From Catajapyx aquilonaris (Eukaryota), in NCBI GenBank assembly GCA_000934665.2, contig JYFJ02002617.1, forward strand, positions 1 to 53,798: DNA of 53,798 nt, written 5' to 3'. Position numbers and translations under genes: made by a program. Positions 24,553 through 36,960 of the stretch are shown here, in pieces. Numbering within the stretch: the stretch's first letter is position 1; each line of letters begins with the position of its first letter. The notes under the pieces were generated by a model. The model was given only the letters and a program-made list of their open reading frames with translations, was not told where the DNA came from and ran no database searches.

Positions 24553-24663
24553 AAGTTACATCAGAGTGCAACTTCTTGAAAATACTCTGGCAGGAACACA
24601 CTACATGACATGTAGTGTGTTCCTGCCAGAGTATTTTTAAGAAGTTGCACTCTGATGTAACTT
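24553..24663. repeat. Near-perfect 111-bp palindrome (55-bp arms, 1-nt centre, one mismatch)
   Basis: AAGTTACATCAGAGTGCAACTTCTTGAAAATACTCTGGCAGGAACACACTACATG-A-CATGTAGTGTGTTCCTGCCAGAGTATTTTTAAGAAGTTGCACTCTGATGTAACTT. Confidence 0.95.
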
Positions 24664-25167
24664 TGTAATCCCCTCCAAATTAGTTTGCCATCAAGATTAT
24701 GGCTTATGAAAACTCTTGACCAACTCAATGCCAGATGTACGAGGCATTTAATAATAAATAGAAACAATGAGAGGAAAGACTGAACCACTCTTCGTTAAGC
24801 CGAACGTCATAAAAGGCGGCTACAACAGAAGTACTTACATCAGCCATGGACGAGGTTTGAATAGAACTGGATTGTTCCATATTTGGATCATGCGCGAGGA
24901 CCCAACTTGTGAGAAGTGATGTCCCTCATGACCCTGTCCATAGCCGGACAACTACTAAGGAAAGGTGGAGACACCATGCAATTGGGCATTGAACAGAATT
25001 ATTGTCAGTTCAGTATGGCAGTGACTCTGCTCTGACCAAGACAGACAACCAGTAGGCTCATCAAAATATCACTTGGCTTAAAGTATCCAGCTGCATTCTG
25101 CATATTTCTACATATATATGACAAGGGCCTTCAATTTCCTGGACATGTGGGAGTACCTAATGGACTT

Positions 25168-25550
25168 TGTTACGAGCACGTGTCCAGTTGTGGAAGGTAT
25201 TACGTGTACACCGAAGAAGCACAATTGTAATCACGGGTTGGGTATTGGGAGGAATACAACTTACTATCAAAACTATTCCATATACAAACTATTGACTCAC
25301 CCAGCAACATCCCTCACCTCCATCGACGATTCGACATCTTACACATGATGAAGAAGCACACATGAACACATGAAGAAGGAGCCTCCCGCTCCTTCCCTCC
25401 TGATTTTCCCCTCCCCTCTATCTAGTTTCTACAACCAGTTGGATTCCAGCCCCGACTTGGGGCAGTCCTAAATAAACCTGTGCTTGATCGAACCTACTGT
25501 GTCACATTATTGAGTAGCCGGCGCATACGACGACGACCATCGTCGTTACA
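25168..25550 (+). mobile_element. Possible solo LTR
   Basis: Starts TGTTACGA and ends TCGTTACA, with an internal AATAAA (25471). It begins where homology with the 26190 paralogous block stops. No matching TSD. Confidence 0.35.
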
Positions 25551-28092
25551 AACTGTCCAAACTATGCTACTGAAGAGAAAATATTGAGAACCATTGATTA
25601 CACATATAAATAAAAGTCATATCATTCCCATTTGTAATTATATTTATGTTCTTAATTATTGTGCATGCCGCAGCTGGAAGGCGCTTTTAAATACTGCAGC
25701 AGCAAATTTAAGAAGAAAGTCCACAAGAGCATTCAATATTAGTGCAGTAGGAACATCAGAAATCAAATCGGGCAGGAGAGTCTGCTGGGAGGACAATTAA
25801 ATGTTACAGAAAAATATGTCGCTACCAAACAATACAGCCAGACCATCTCAACCGAACAATTGGAAATAGCCATTGAAACTCACCCTACCAACAAAGAATA
25901 TTAGCATCAAAATGAACGTCAAAATACCGACCCCACTGGCATGTAAAAGTACCCGAGACAAAACTTCGTCCAATGACATTAGCATTTCACTGACGACGGA
26001 GTCATTCATGACACCAAGTGACGGCAAATGTGGCACTCTGCCGAAGATGAGGTCAGGTCGTACCTCAGTTGAGTGCAACAACACCATGCAGAAATTAATA
26101 GCCACCAAGACAGTCAACCAGAAGGCCCATCATAATATCAACTTCATCCTATAGCAACGAGCTTCAATCTGCACATTTATATCTTCACACATGACAAGGG
26201 CCTCCAATTTCCTGGACATGGGGAGTATGAAAGCGTACGGGAGTCACACTGGCAGGTCTCCACTGTGAATGGCTTGTCGTCATATCAGTCCTCAGCTTTC
26301 AGAGACATGTCCTAAAACTGGACTAATTGCATGCATTTTTACAGCATATCTTCTTACAAAGTATTCATTTGTGGAATGTTACCCATTTGAGAGTGGGCTC
26401 ATTTAGAGACTTGCATAATGGAAAACAATGACTGAAAAGCAAGAAACAATATACGGTATTAAATATTATTATAAGCATGTCAAACACTTCGGGTATTTAC
26501 ACGTACCGGTACATGAAGTGTCAGTCACTTCATTCAAGGTACAGAATTGAATTTTACGCAATGAATGGAAAATACCAATATAAACACATATATTCTGAAA
26601 TAATGATGCCAACTCTAAGGAATAAGTTTTTAGCCAATAGTTGCATACGTATAAGTTGGTATACAGTATAAGCCATACCCATTCTGGTAATAATGTTCAT
26701 ATACGAGTACTGCACAAGTGTATACATGCAATGTTCTGCAGTCCAGTTTCGCCTTCCTCAGCCTAAATATCGCATGACATATTCTAACAGAGCATGTTTT
26801 AGTACTTGCTGCGAAAATATGGCAGGTAGTACATTGTCTTGTTCGTCTACAAGTTATATTTACACTGTCGTAGAGCATGATAGAGGCCACACATTAATCG
26901 AGTGTGCAGTCATTTTAATGCAAAAGCGCACAGTAGAGTCCTACTGCCGGTATGTGTCATAGTACAGCATATAAATTGACAAGAGAGTTATTGTTGCTTT
27001 TATTGCATTTTTAGGCTTTAGGTCTTTCGGTAAACTGAAAAGCATGATGCCATTGGTACATCTAACAGTGGTACTAGACTTTGAGTTGGAAGCATGTGTT
27101 AAATAACCTTTCAACAGCAACATTCAGGGATGTTTCTTCCACCTTGCGCAGGCCTAGTTTATTGCGGATCAAGTTTAAGCAACATGACTACCAGCACAAG
27201 ATTTTGACTCATGGCTTGGTCCGTCTGCGCAGGTTCTCTATCTGTAGTATAGATACACATGCAGTGAACAGTGTGCGGAGATGTAGTTCTGTTGGGGCTA
27301 GAAAATAAGAGAGAAAATAATGGAACCTAGATGACCATGGTGATCTTCACACCATAGTAAGTTTGGCCAAAGCTTAAGAAAACTTGGCCAACTCAATGCC
27401 AGATGTACGATACATTTAATAATAACCAACACGATTCCTTCTGCATATTTTTCATACATGAGAAGGGCCTTCAATTTCCTGGACATGTGGGAATACGTAA
27501 AGCGCAGTCACACTGGCCCGTTTGCACTGTGAAAGGCTTGTTGTCATACCTGTGCTCTCAGGGACATGTCCTAAAATTGGACAAATTGCATGCAATTTTA
27601 TTGCACAATTTCTTTAAGAAATCTTATGTGTATCGTTTAATGAAGTGTTGGCTCCACTGACTGTGAGAGTTCTACTTAACACCAGATGGATGTGACATCA
27701 ACGTAACGACCAGTAACGGTGTGTTGAGACGATGAGATCAAATTCAGACAATTTTTCTCTCTCTGCATATGTCTCTCTCCATTCTGGTCTCGCATAACCC
27801 TTGCGCAGTGGGTTTCCAGTATCAACAATACGTACAGACTTTCATAATGGAAAGTAATGACTGCAAGGCAAGAAACAATATTATAATGAGCGTGTTAAAC
27901 CATTTCAGCATTTCACACGTAAATATTGATAATTTGATTACAGATGTGAATTTTAATTAAGGAAAGGAAAATATCAACACCTTTAAACACCTTCTATTAA
28001 AGATCTGAGACGACCCTGAGTAGGCCATAGTAATATCAGCTCAGAAATTGTAATTTGAATGAATTTTTAGCAAAGAGTATCATAATTATACT

Positions 28093-28190
28093 GCCAAAAG
28101 CCAAACCAGCTACAGAAGAAAAAGCAGCAACCGAGCCGTCAGTTATGGAAGAAGCAGCTACCCAGCCGCCAAAAGCCAAACCAGCTACAG
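28093..28190 (+). repeat. 75-bp-period partial tandem repeat
   Basis: GCCAAAAGCCAAACCAGCTACAGA at 28093 and 28168; reads PKAKPATEEKAATEPSVMEEAATQPPKAKPAT. Confidence 0.7.
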
Positions 28191-28652
28191 ACATATTCTT
28201 GTAATAATGTTCATGCATGCAATGACCTGTACATTATAATTACGGATTCCTCGACTTCAAATTATGCTCCTTCTCATATTGTTTCAGGCACTATAACAAC
28301 AAACTCCGCCAAGAACTTCCTCTCTGATGCCCTCCATTGACAACATTTCCATCCTCAAATCAACAAACTTGTCTAAGGAGAAGACATATACTCAAACCAT
28401 AGTTACTAATTGTTGTTATTATTGTTGGTAACGATGACGGAACCGGAACCAATCTTGCACTGCGACTGGTGCGAGTTTCCCAAATAATTGCTCAGAAGTA
28501 CTAAACTGCTGGCATCACATTATTAATATGTGCAATCTAAATTTACGCAACAGGGTGGGATCATAACTTGTGACTTTTCTATAACCTCGATAAACGATTG
28601 ATATTCACAATAATTTCTACATCTTAAAATGCCTACTACATCATTACTTATC

Positions 28653-28755
28653 ATATATAATATATAATATTATATATAATATATATATTATATATATAAT
28701 ATAATATATATAATATATATATATTATATATATAATATAATATATATATAATATT
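28653..28755. repeat. AT-only (TA)n-like microsatellite
   Basis: About 100 nt of TATATATAA units. Confidence 0.95.
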
Positions 28756-29082
28756 AAGTCATGAAGAATGTATACAAAGCAACGATGTCACTAAGAGATC
28801 CGATGCGTTTGCTCCTGCAACAAGTTAATAAAGCACACCCTTATTTATACTTGTTCCCGAGTTTTTTATTACTAACGGTTAAACAAAAAAAAAAATACCA
28901 GACAACAAAATATCGATAGGCATGTAAGCCAGTACATCACAGGGCTATGTAATACTCTAGACGCATTTCCTCTGTGGTCCTCTCCATATCTTGGTTGTGT
29001 CCTTCACAATATTTGAATTTTGAGTCAGGAAAAACAATCCCAAAAAAAAAAAATTAAAATAAAATAAAATCCATATTCAGAC

Positions 29083-29974
29083 ATCCCTGTCCATCATGAG
29101 GCTGGTAACCCGGTTCTTCTCCGCAGCAGTCATCGTCTCGCAAGGAGGTTTCTAAATAACAACACAGACAAGGCAATTAACAATGAGGAGAGTGATCAAC
29201 TAGTGCAGTACATGAACCGCTTTAACTCACTTTGACGTCTGCGGTGCAACCCAAGAGGAGCCAGTACAGGTTCAGGGCTTCTTGTATTGTAGGCTGCATG
29301 AGCATTACCTCTTCGATTTCCTGGAGAACCTCCCGACGGTACCTGCCCGTGTCGTACACGTGCTTTGGGTCAGTGAACAGGGGGACAGCCCTGGAGAGGT
29401 GGAATATAACGTGATCATGAACGTGGCTCGATTTTATCCGGATTACCATATCCTATGAGGGATCGTCACAACTTCAACATCCCTCGCCGCTTAAAATTTA
29501 TATTCACTTATTATATTCAAATGACCACTTTGCTACATGTTAACAGGTACGTCAGAACGTGACGGAGCGTCAAAGAAGTGGATCAACCGGGAGTTAGTCA
29601 ACTGTAGCTGCGATGGAATTATTGTACCTTTTGGGTCCAAGGTCCTTCTTCCTACGCCATGTGTCCACCTTGGCCTGAACTGTCGGACGAAGCTTTACCG
29701 ACTCTCCTCCTTGGTTCATATACTTTTTAGGCAAAGGGTCCTTCTTAGGCAAGTTCCCATTCTTGGTCTCTGACTCCTTCTTAGGCAAGTTCTCATTCTT
29801 GCTGGTCTCTGACTCCTTCTTAGGCAAGTTCCCATTCTTGGTCTCTGACTCCTTCTCAGTCACCTTCGCAGCCGAAGATTCCTTCTCCTTGGCCAAGAAA
29901 GAGCTCTTGACTGACCCCGAGGACACTGGTGAACCACGTTCCATTCTGGAACCTCCAAAACACGTCTGATGCTC
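29083..29974 (-). pseudogene. Candidate spliced gene or pseudogene of unknown function with a Lys/Glu/Ser-rich repeat exon
   Basis: Exon-like segments on the minus strand: acceptor TGTTAG at 29975 then EHQTCFGGSRMERGS...(KESETKNGNLPK)x3...TVD-stop at 29594; CCTCATAG|DMVIRIK...GCTADVK|GTGAGT (29452-29231); TTATTTAG|KPPCETMTAAEKNRVTSLMMDRD (~29152-29084). Confidence 0.35.
29723..29860 (-). repeat. Coding-frame tandem repeat with 36/39-bp units
   Basis: CTTCTTAGGCAAGTTC(C/T)CATTCTTG(CTG)GTCTCTGACTC repeated three times on the plus strand; unit lengths are multiples of 3. Confidence 0.85.
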
Positions 29975-31801
29975 CTAACAGTAAATCCCTATTTGTGTTT
30001 ACCACATGTTACTAAGTTACGCCCAATCAACAATCACTCACAACACTGTATGCGCACTTATTAGGATATTATTAGCTCACTTCACTGTAGTACAGTACGT
30101 ATGACTTTCATGCTCCCATCATGAACCTAGTGTTGCATAGTTGCATATGTTGCATAGTGATGTAATATCAAAACACTCTTTGACTAGCTGTAATTAAGAA
30201 CGGTCGTACTTTTCTTTCGCTCTCCATTTCCCTGTCCTCCTACGTTCGACAGGGATCATAACACCTAGGTACAGAAGGGTCGACTCCCTGACCGCCAAAA
30301 CCGCCAACGCTACAGTTTTCTTGACCGCCAAAATCTTTCACCACCAATTCCCTGACAGCCAAACTGAACAGGGCTCCAACCCCGGTTATTTAGGTGGGGT
30401 AGCCCACTAACTTTGGGTAGGGTAGACGTAAGGATCATGAGAGCATAATATTTATGCTTATGGAAATAGCCGTTACACAGTATAAGCTGCTACTTTCAGC
30501 CTCACTTTATAATGGGGGCTCCATTTTGGATCCGGATCAAAAATATGCCCTTCAAGATAGACACATTGTGGTAGCCACCAATAAGCTGGAGACCAATGAG
30601 TACTCCATACAGCAGTTTTCAGCTATAACCATACACGGCCGTCGAGCCCACTGTAGTGTGAACACAGCAGGCTACAATGCACGAAGATATATTGTTAGAA
30701 GTATACTGACAAACTCTCAACTTAATTCGTATAACAGTACATTAGATAATATAATACACATACTTTTGCACGATTGCAGCTGTGGCATGTTGATCAACCA
30801 GCGGCGACATATTCCGGTCTGTACGGTACAATACACGAAAGCTGCATGATTGCAAATCACAGTTTTACTTAAGCTCATTGAATCATATACGTGTATATTC
30901 AACTCAAAGCGTCAGACACGACAATTATATCTGCATTAAATCAGACTTCTCTTACTCCGCATCATCAGTGCGGCCTAATCTATGACGAAGTCAAGCGGAA
31001 GAAGCACAGACGACAAAAGATGAGACTAACCAGCAACGATCCAGAATCTTTGTACAGAATGACAGCAGTTTTTCATGCACGAAGTAAAAGCAGAAATGAA
31101 TCAGAAGAGGTGTAATTGTCGATAAACCGATGGGGCATTATGAATTACATCACCTGAGTTCTCATTTCATACCCATGTGAAGGGGTGCAAGAAATAGTGG
31201 TGACACTCGAGTTCAATTAATTGAACACTACGCCGTGGAGGTTAGACCAGGGAAGGAAAAGAAAGACAGATGCTAGACACGCACACTTGAGATAGTCTGT
31301 TGTATTTATTTATTTACCAAGTTTTCAGGAAATGAACCTGTTTTTCATCATGACCCTTCATGATCCACAATACGAGCAACAAAGTACAAAGCTCGAAAAA
31401 GAGTGACGACTTACTCGGACCCTTCTCATTATACGAAGGTGAGGTCATACGCGATTATTGCAGGCACAGAAAAAGATGCAGCCTGGACGACTCATCTAAT
31501 CAGCCTGAATTCATCATCTCATCTCTCAGGTCATTAAGGCTTGCAGCAATGACAGGAATAGAGTAATAAATCAAGAAGCAACATTATTCTTTCTAGGGGT
31601 TAATTGTGTCGAGTGGATGTATATGGTGACATGCTGCAAGGGAGTTCCATGCAGAACTGTTTATAATAAATCTTGGGCACGTGTACCCACGTTCAGTTAA
31701 GAGGGACGCAGCGGTATTGTGCAGAACGACACAAATGATACCAAATATACTCGTACAACTAGCATGAAGAGGATACTTGACAATTATTATGAATGTTATA
31801 T

Positions 31802-33143
31802 TCAAACGTGGCCGCTGTCCGATTTCCGGAATTGAGCCAGGACAATGACGTAAGTCGTGATGGACGCAACAATCTGAACAAAAGACAACCCAGACTTCAG
31901 CAAATATTGATTGTTAAATTTGACTATTTCAGGTCGGGTCATGCACTCACCGAGGTCATCAGCCTGCGATTGATGGAGAAGAAGTTGGAGGCAGTTATCT
32001 CCAGAGGAGCACCATCCAGTTCAGCGATTAGAGCGGACACCTGCGGGTCAGAAATTAATCACGATGAAATCAATCGAAATGTGTGCTTTCTAGGCGGTGA
32101 CCTCACCTGTCGCCTGCAGGTTGGGGTCAGGTCAGATATACGAACTCGGATCAGGTCCTTTCGAGAGGAGGCTGCCTGGAATTCAGTCAAAGGTTCAAGG
32201 AGAATCAATAATATATTGTAGATAACAAACTCACCTGCTCAGGGATGCTTCCGACGGTGCATATGGTGAAGTGCAACAATGCCAATTTCGAAGCGATCAT
32301 TAAAAGTTCGCTCAGCATATGAAGAGGGGTAAGTGACTTCAAGAAATTGATCGCGACAAATATGTTCAAGATGGATTCCCCTACAAGAGCAAGGAATGTG
32401 ACACAAATGGCTGATCCGTATTCTCTGCTTATGATCTCAGTGATCTCCCGGATCTCGTATAATATCTTCGCAGATGTGGAAAAATATTCTTCGGGATTAA
32501 AATCATGCGTATTTTTGCGAGTTGAAAATACATCGCCCAGCCGATTGCACACGAATGAGATTCGCTTTTCAACTTGCTTTCCTTTTCTCTCGACTGCCTT
32601 TGAGATAAAAAGCACCTGACATAAGATTACATTTCGTATCATCCCAATTTGAAAAGTAAGGCAGAAAACGAAGACTGATATTTTTCCCTTAGAGGAGATG
32701 ACACAGGATAGGCACAAGAACGTGACATCCACGACGCTGACAATAATAATTTTCCAGCTAAATTTTCGGAGCATGGCAACATCGCTGCTTAAATTCAAGG
32801 CGTCAACTCTGTCGAACAGAAGCTTGAGTTTCTTCCACTTCATATTCACAATGAAGAAATTGATCCAGGGAAGCAGGAATAAAGTCACGAAATAGGAAAA
32901 CAATGCGCTCCATTCCGTTGGAGTCAGATGTGACTTCGAATCTCCCTGCGAGTAACCATTCGTGACTACTTTAGCGGCAACCAGTGAAGTGAAGATAAAG
33001 AGGTTGAGCAGACATGTCCACCTGGTCCACACCCTGTGGCCATCAAAGGGCAAAGGACACAGTCCGAATGCGGCCGAGACCACATACAATGGCCCACATG
33101 CCAAAAGAGATGCCCGGACCTTGGCCTGTCCACTGCCTGCCAT
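31802..33143 (-). CDS. Gustatory receptor (7tm_7 chemoreceptor family), 4 exons, ~379 aa
   Basis: Exons 33143-32235, 32175-32107, 32040-31951 and 31873-31802, with GT-AG phase-0 introns of 59, 66 and 77 nt. Exon 1 has multiple TM segments. The C-terminus reads LEITASNFFSINRRLMTS|IVASITTYVIVLAQFRK, i.e. the Gr TYxxxxxQF motif. The ORF stays open upstream to 33221, so the start could be further 5'. Confidence 0.93.
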
Positions 33144-33602
33144 TGCCACCAAAAATATTTGAGTCACTGCCAATACCACAAGCGTGAAGAAGTTGAACAC
33201 ACCCTTTTCCAACTGAAACAAATTCTCATCAATCCAAAGTGGTTAATGTTGGCTCACAGGGCGCTCCCATTTACGTAAAGACACGAGTTGACAAAAGAAA
33301 TTGATTATAGCAAAAATGACTGTTGGATTAAGTTGATGGCAGCCTCTGCACATAATACAATTAGAGTTGGCTGATGTAGGTGTCGGGGCTCATCAATAGT
33401 CATATGTTACGTAATGTCCTTCCATCTTCTGTCATGTCATACAACTATATTAAACAAAATCACTTCAAAATTTGTAGTTTTAACATGTTCTTTTATACTC
33501 TTTGTAGTGTTGCAAGGTTATTGATATTGCAGCGGAAAATGTATGATTGAGTAGGCCTGCAAGCGTACAGCTTTACACAAGGATGTACGACCCAACGACG
33601 TA

Positions 33603-33728
33603 GGGCCGGTTTCACCAAGACTGGTTTATGATAAAACCGCGGTTCTTTCGGAAAATCCCTACATATTTGTATGGATTTTCCGAAAAAACCGGGGTTTTAT
33701 CATAAACCAGTCTTCGTGAAACTGACCC
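33603..33728. mobile_element. PIF/Harbinger-type hairpin MITE (126 bp, 3-bp TSD GTA)
   Basis: GGGCCGGTTTCACCAAGACTGGTTTATGATAAAACC...GGTTTTATCATAAACCAGTCTTCGTGAAACTGACCC, with GTA at 33600-33602 and 33729-33731. The paralogous site at ~34731 has a single GTA. Confidence 0.85.
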
Positions 33729-35147
33729 GTAGTATATAATATTTGATTGCAAGTGAGGGAGAAAATGGGTCATCCTGAGCCAATTGGATACAGTAGTAGC
33801 ATTTCTACTTGACATATACGATATTAAAACGAGTTTAGCCTCATAAGAATTCAGAGGTGACATACCAGGGCTGCGTATGTTGCATCCAAGATGGTTTTTA
33901 ACTTTACCTCCCGCTACTAGGGAGAGACGCAGGTCTGGACAACTGTCAAATTCAGAATTGGGGCAAACAAGAGGAATTGGTCACCATTGCAACTGCGCAT
34001 TTATCGCTCAATTGGCTAGAAGAGAATGATTGCATCGTTATACGTGTAGTTTATGTATTACGTCCATGTTACGTAACTGGTGTTTTCAGAAGGATAACAC
34101 CCACTATGAGAGATTACATTGAAATGGTAGTGCATATCCACTCCAGAGTACTGCATAGTGGCAAAGCATCTTTGAAATTATTATTCAAATTATTATTCAA
34201 AATGTGAATCGTCTTATCATACGTACTGTACACAAGGTCTCTTGCATGAAAAGAAACATTATGTGAAAAGAGACACCCCGACTACTATCCTGCCATGTCG
34301 AGTCGTATGAAGAATATAGCCCTAGTTCACCTGAAAAAATCTGGCACATGCAGGAGGATAGAACTCCAAGAAACCAAACTTGAGCAATATTATTATGGCC
34401 CCCAATAGCATACTTTTCCATACTCTCACTGTCAGTGCATGCAGTCCACGGTGCGAAAGGGCCTCGCCTGGTTGCAAATCTCCGCAGCGCAAGGATGCCA
34501 AAAGGTGCCTGTATTTCTTTCAGCAAAGTCACTCGCATGAATATACATCGCCTAAATGAATTGTACATAGATAAGTATAGGGGGGACTTTGAATAATTTT
34601 AGCCCATTCCTTTATTATGTTGCAAAATAACACGATATTTCAACTTCATGTGTCGCAATCGTTTGATCGGTCATGCACATGAAAAAGCATGATAAAGCGC
34701 ACAGCTTTACACAAGGATGTAAGACCCAACGACGTATCTCTAGCAAATGTAGTAGTTACAGCTGTCACTATGCAATCATACGTAATTTTAGTTATCGGAA
34801 AGTTTAGTATATCGTTTTGTGAGGAAGTCACCCGTCCTCCTTTTTTTTTTTTTAAGAAAAATACGTAGAGTAATATCAATATGGTGACAACAGAGATCAT
34901 TACAGCGTTGTTGCTCACTGGCCAGATAAGGAGAGGTCTCATTACCAATACAAGTACTTCCTTCTGTAAACACATGCATCGATCATGAGACATTGTTACC
35001 GCAAACAGTCATGTCTGCAGCCAGAAGGAAAAAGAAATCTCCTAGCTCGAAGAAAGACCGAGAAACACGCACAATTGGTGGAGCCAACTACTTGGTGGGG
35101 GGATTTACTTTACTCTTATGTTGACAGACGGCGGGGCAGCTTTATTC

Positions 35148-35192
35148 AATCTTATAACTAATAATCTTATAACTAATAATCTTATAACTAAT
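35148..35192. repeat. 15-bp tandem repeat x3
   Basis: AATCTTATAACTAAT three times. Confidence 0.9.
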
Positions 35193-36714
35193 ACGTATAA
35201 TACGTGGTCCTACTAAGTTCTGAGGCAGTTAAATATAACTGATATGAGTAATATGACTTAATCGATACGTCACATCTAAAAAAATATCATTCACTACTTG
35301 AACGCGGAATCTGACACTCATTGCATTTGCATAAGTGTAGCGTCATCAGCAGCTACAATTAAGATCACTGACCAGGCTGGCAACACTAAACCTTTTTTTA
35401 TTTCTTACATATCATGAGACAGTCACTACAAATTTGAATGTGTCTCTTTTTATGTTTTTGCCCCATACAAAAAAAAGTATTAATCCCAAGAAAGGGATTG
35501 TTGCTCTTTTAGCGAGAAAGGAGTAATGTAATGGTTCTATGTATCCCCAATCTCTTTCTAAATGTTGTATCTTACGTATTTATTTTTGAACGCTTGTTTG
35601 TATCCAACCTATACCATTAGAGAGAATCTCACTTGGGGGCGGCAAATATGTAACAATTCAGTGGAAATGTAACGTGATATTTCAACTCTACGTTACGCAG
35701 ATATTCCGCACGCAATGCTGCAGAAATCGCACAACTTTGGTACGGAAATACTGATTTTCCAGTCGCATCACATTATTGACGAATATCATGCAACCATAAT
35801 AGATCTTACATATCGACAAACTGGGTTGGACCCCACTTGTTACTACAAATTACTCTATAATACGTTCATCAATACAAGAGAAAATGTTTCTGAAATTGCG
35901 GTTTTTTTGTATGTGAATATAATTTATGGCGCCATTTTTGCATAATTTCACTATTTGATTACGTACAATTTAGTTGTCATATTACAAGTCGCGAAAATTT
36001 GACAGAAATTCGCTGGCAAATTAGGCCGGCAAGTTGGATACAACTCGAACATCATGATGGAAGTGGCACGATTGCAAAGTCTGCGCACAGTCCATTGCTT
36101 AGAAATGTTATTCTTCACCATCTCAAGCAATCCAAAAGGTAACTTCACTTCTCTCATCAGCGTCAGTCCCATGAAGTACGTAAATGAAAGGTGCAGAGAA
36201 ATGTTTTGGGGGATGAGCTCATAGAACTTTGCAACACTATAAAAGAACGGGTTAAAGGTACATGATATTTCAACATGCAACGGAAAAGAAACGATTGAGT
36301 AACCCTGCAAGCGTACAGCTTTACGCAAGGACGTAAGACAAGCATTTGTTACTACTAGGATTTCTTCCTGCTTGCCTTCGCATCACAGGGGAACATGGTC
36401 ATCCAAGACAAGAAGAGGATCAAGATTCTGCCGGCAATAATTGTGACCCTAGCAACGGAACAAGCACATAGCTGTGAGTAGGCCGCAGTAACAGATTTTA
36501 TCATTTGTTCAACTCTTGATACATGTCTTCTTTATACACAGTGTAACGTAGCCTAAAATCTCAGCAGTACACACCACATGCCAATCCCAAAAATTAATGC
36601 GCCTATTATTTCCAGAAACCAGAAAGATGCGGCAGAAAGAGGCGCAGGACTTGCCAAACCTGCTGAACAAGAAGTTCGCCGTCTGCTGCATGGTAACTGC
36701 ATGTCAGTAAGGAA

Positions 36715-36960
36715 TGAACAGAAGCAGAAGAGCCTACTTCTTTTGAATTTGACAGGTGTTACGACCTCATTCTAATGATTTGTTGCCTTAGAAGTGACGT
36801 AAGGGACAATTCAACAACAACTGTATTATTCTTTCAGAAGACCTCGACTGCACGACACCACAAAGGTGCCTCATATCTCTGATGGATGTGCCGCACACGA
36901 AAAGAATAGATTTAACTTTGCTAAGGCATGTGCTGTCACGACCAGGATTTTAATATCCCA
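36715..36960 (+). mobile_element. Sola-like transposase fragment
   Basis: KQKSLLLLNL (36722) and ISDGCAAHEKNRFNF...CCHDQDFNIP (~36875-36960), resembling the SDGCAAQYKN catalytic block. Absent from the paralogous unit at ~45290. Confidence 0.55.

Larger units (their letters stand above)
21840..27900. repeat. Patchwork of diverged local duplications
   Basis: Pairs include 21840-21915~23370-23430; 22490-22830~23485-23785; 23060-23240~25670-25830; 24710-24760~27380-27430; 25115-25157~26190-26230~27460-27500; and 26230-26450~27500-27880. Confidence 0.75.

Noticed and set aside
32347..33278. Plus-strand ORFs overlapping the Gr exon
   Set aside because: Antisense shadows of the real minus-strand coding exon.
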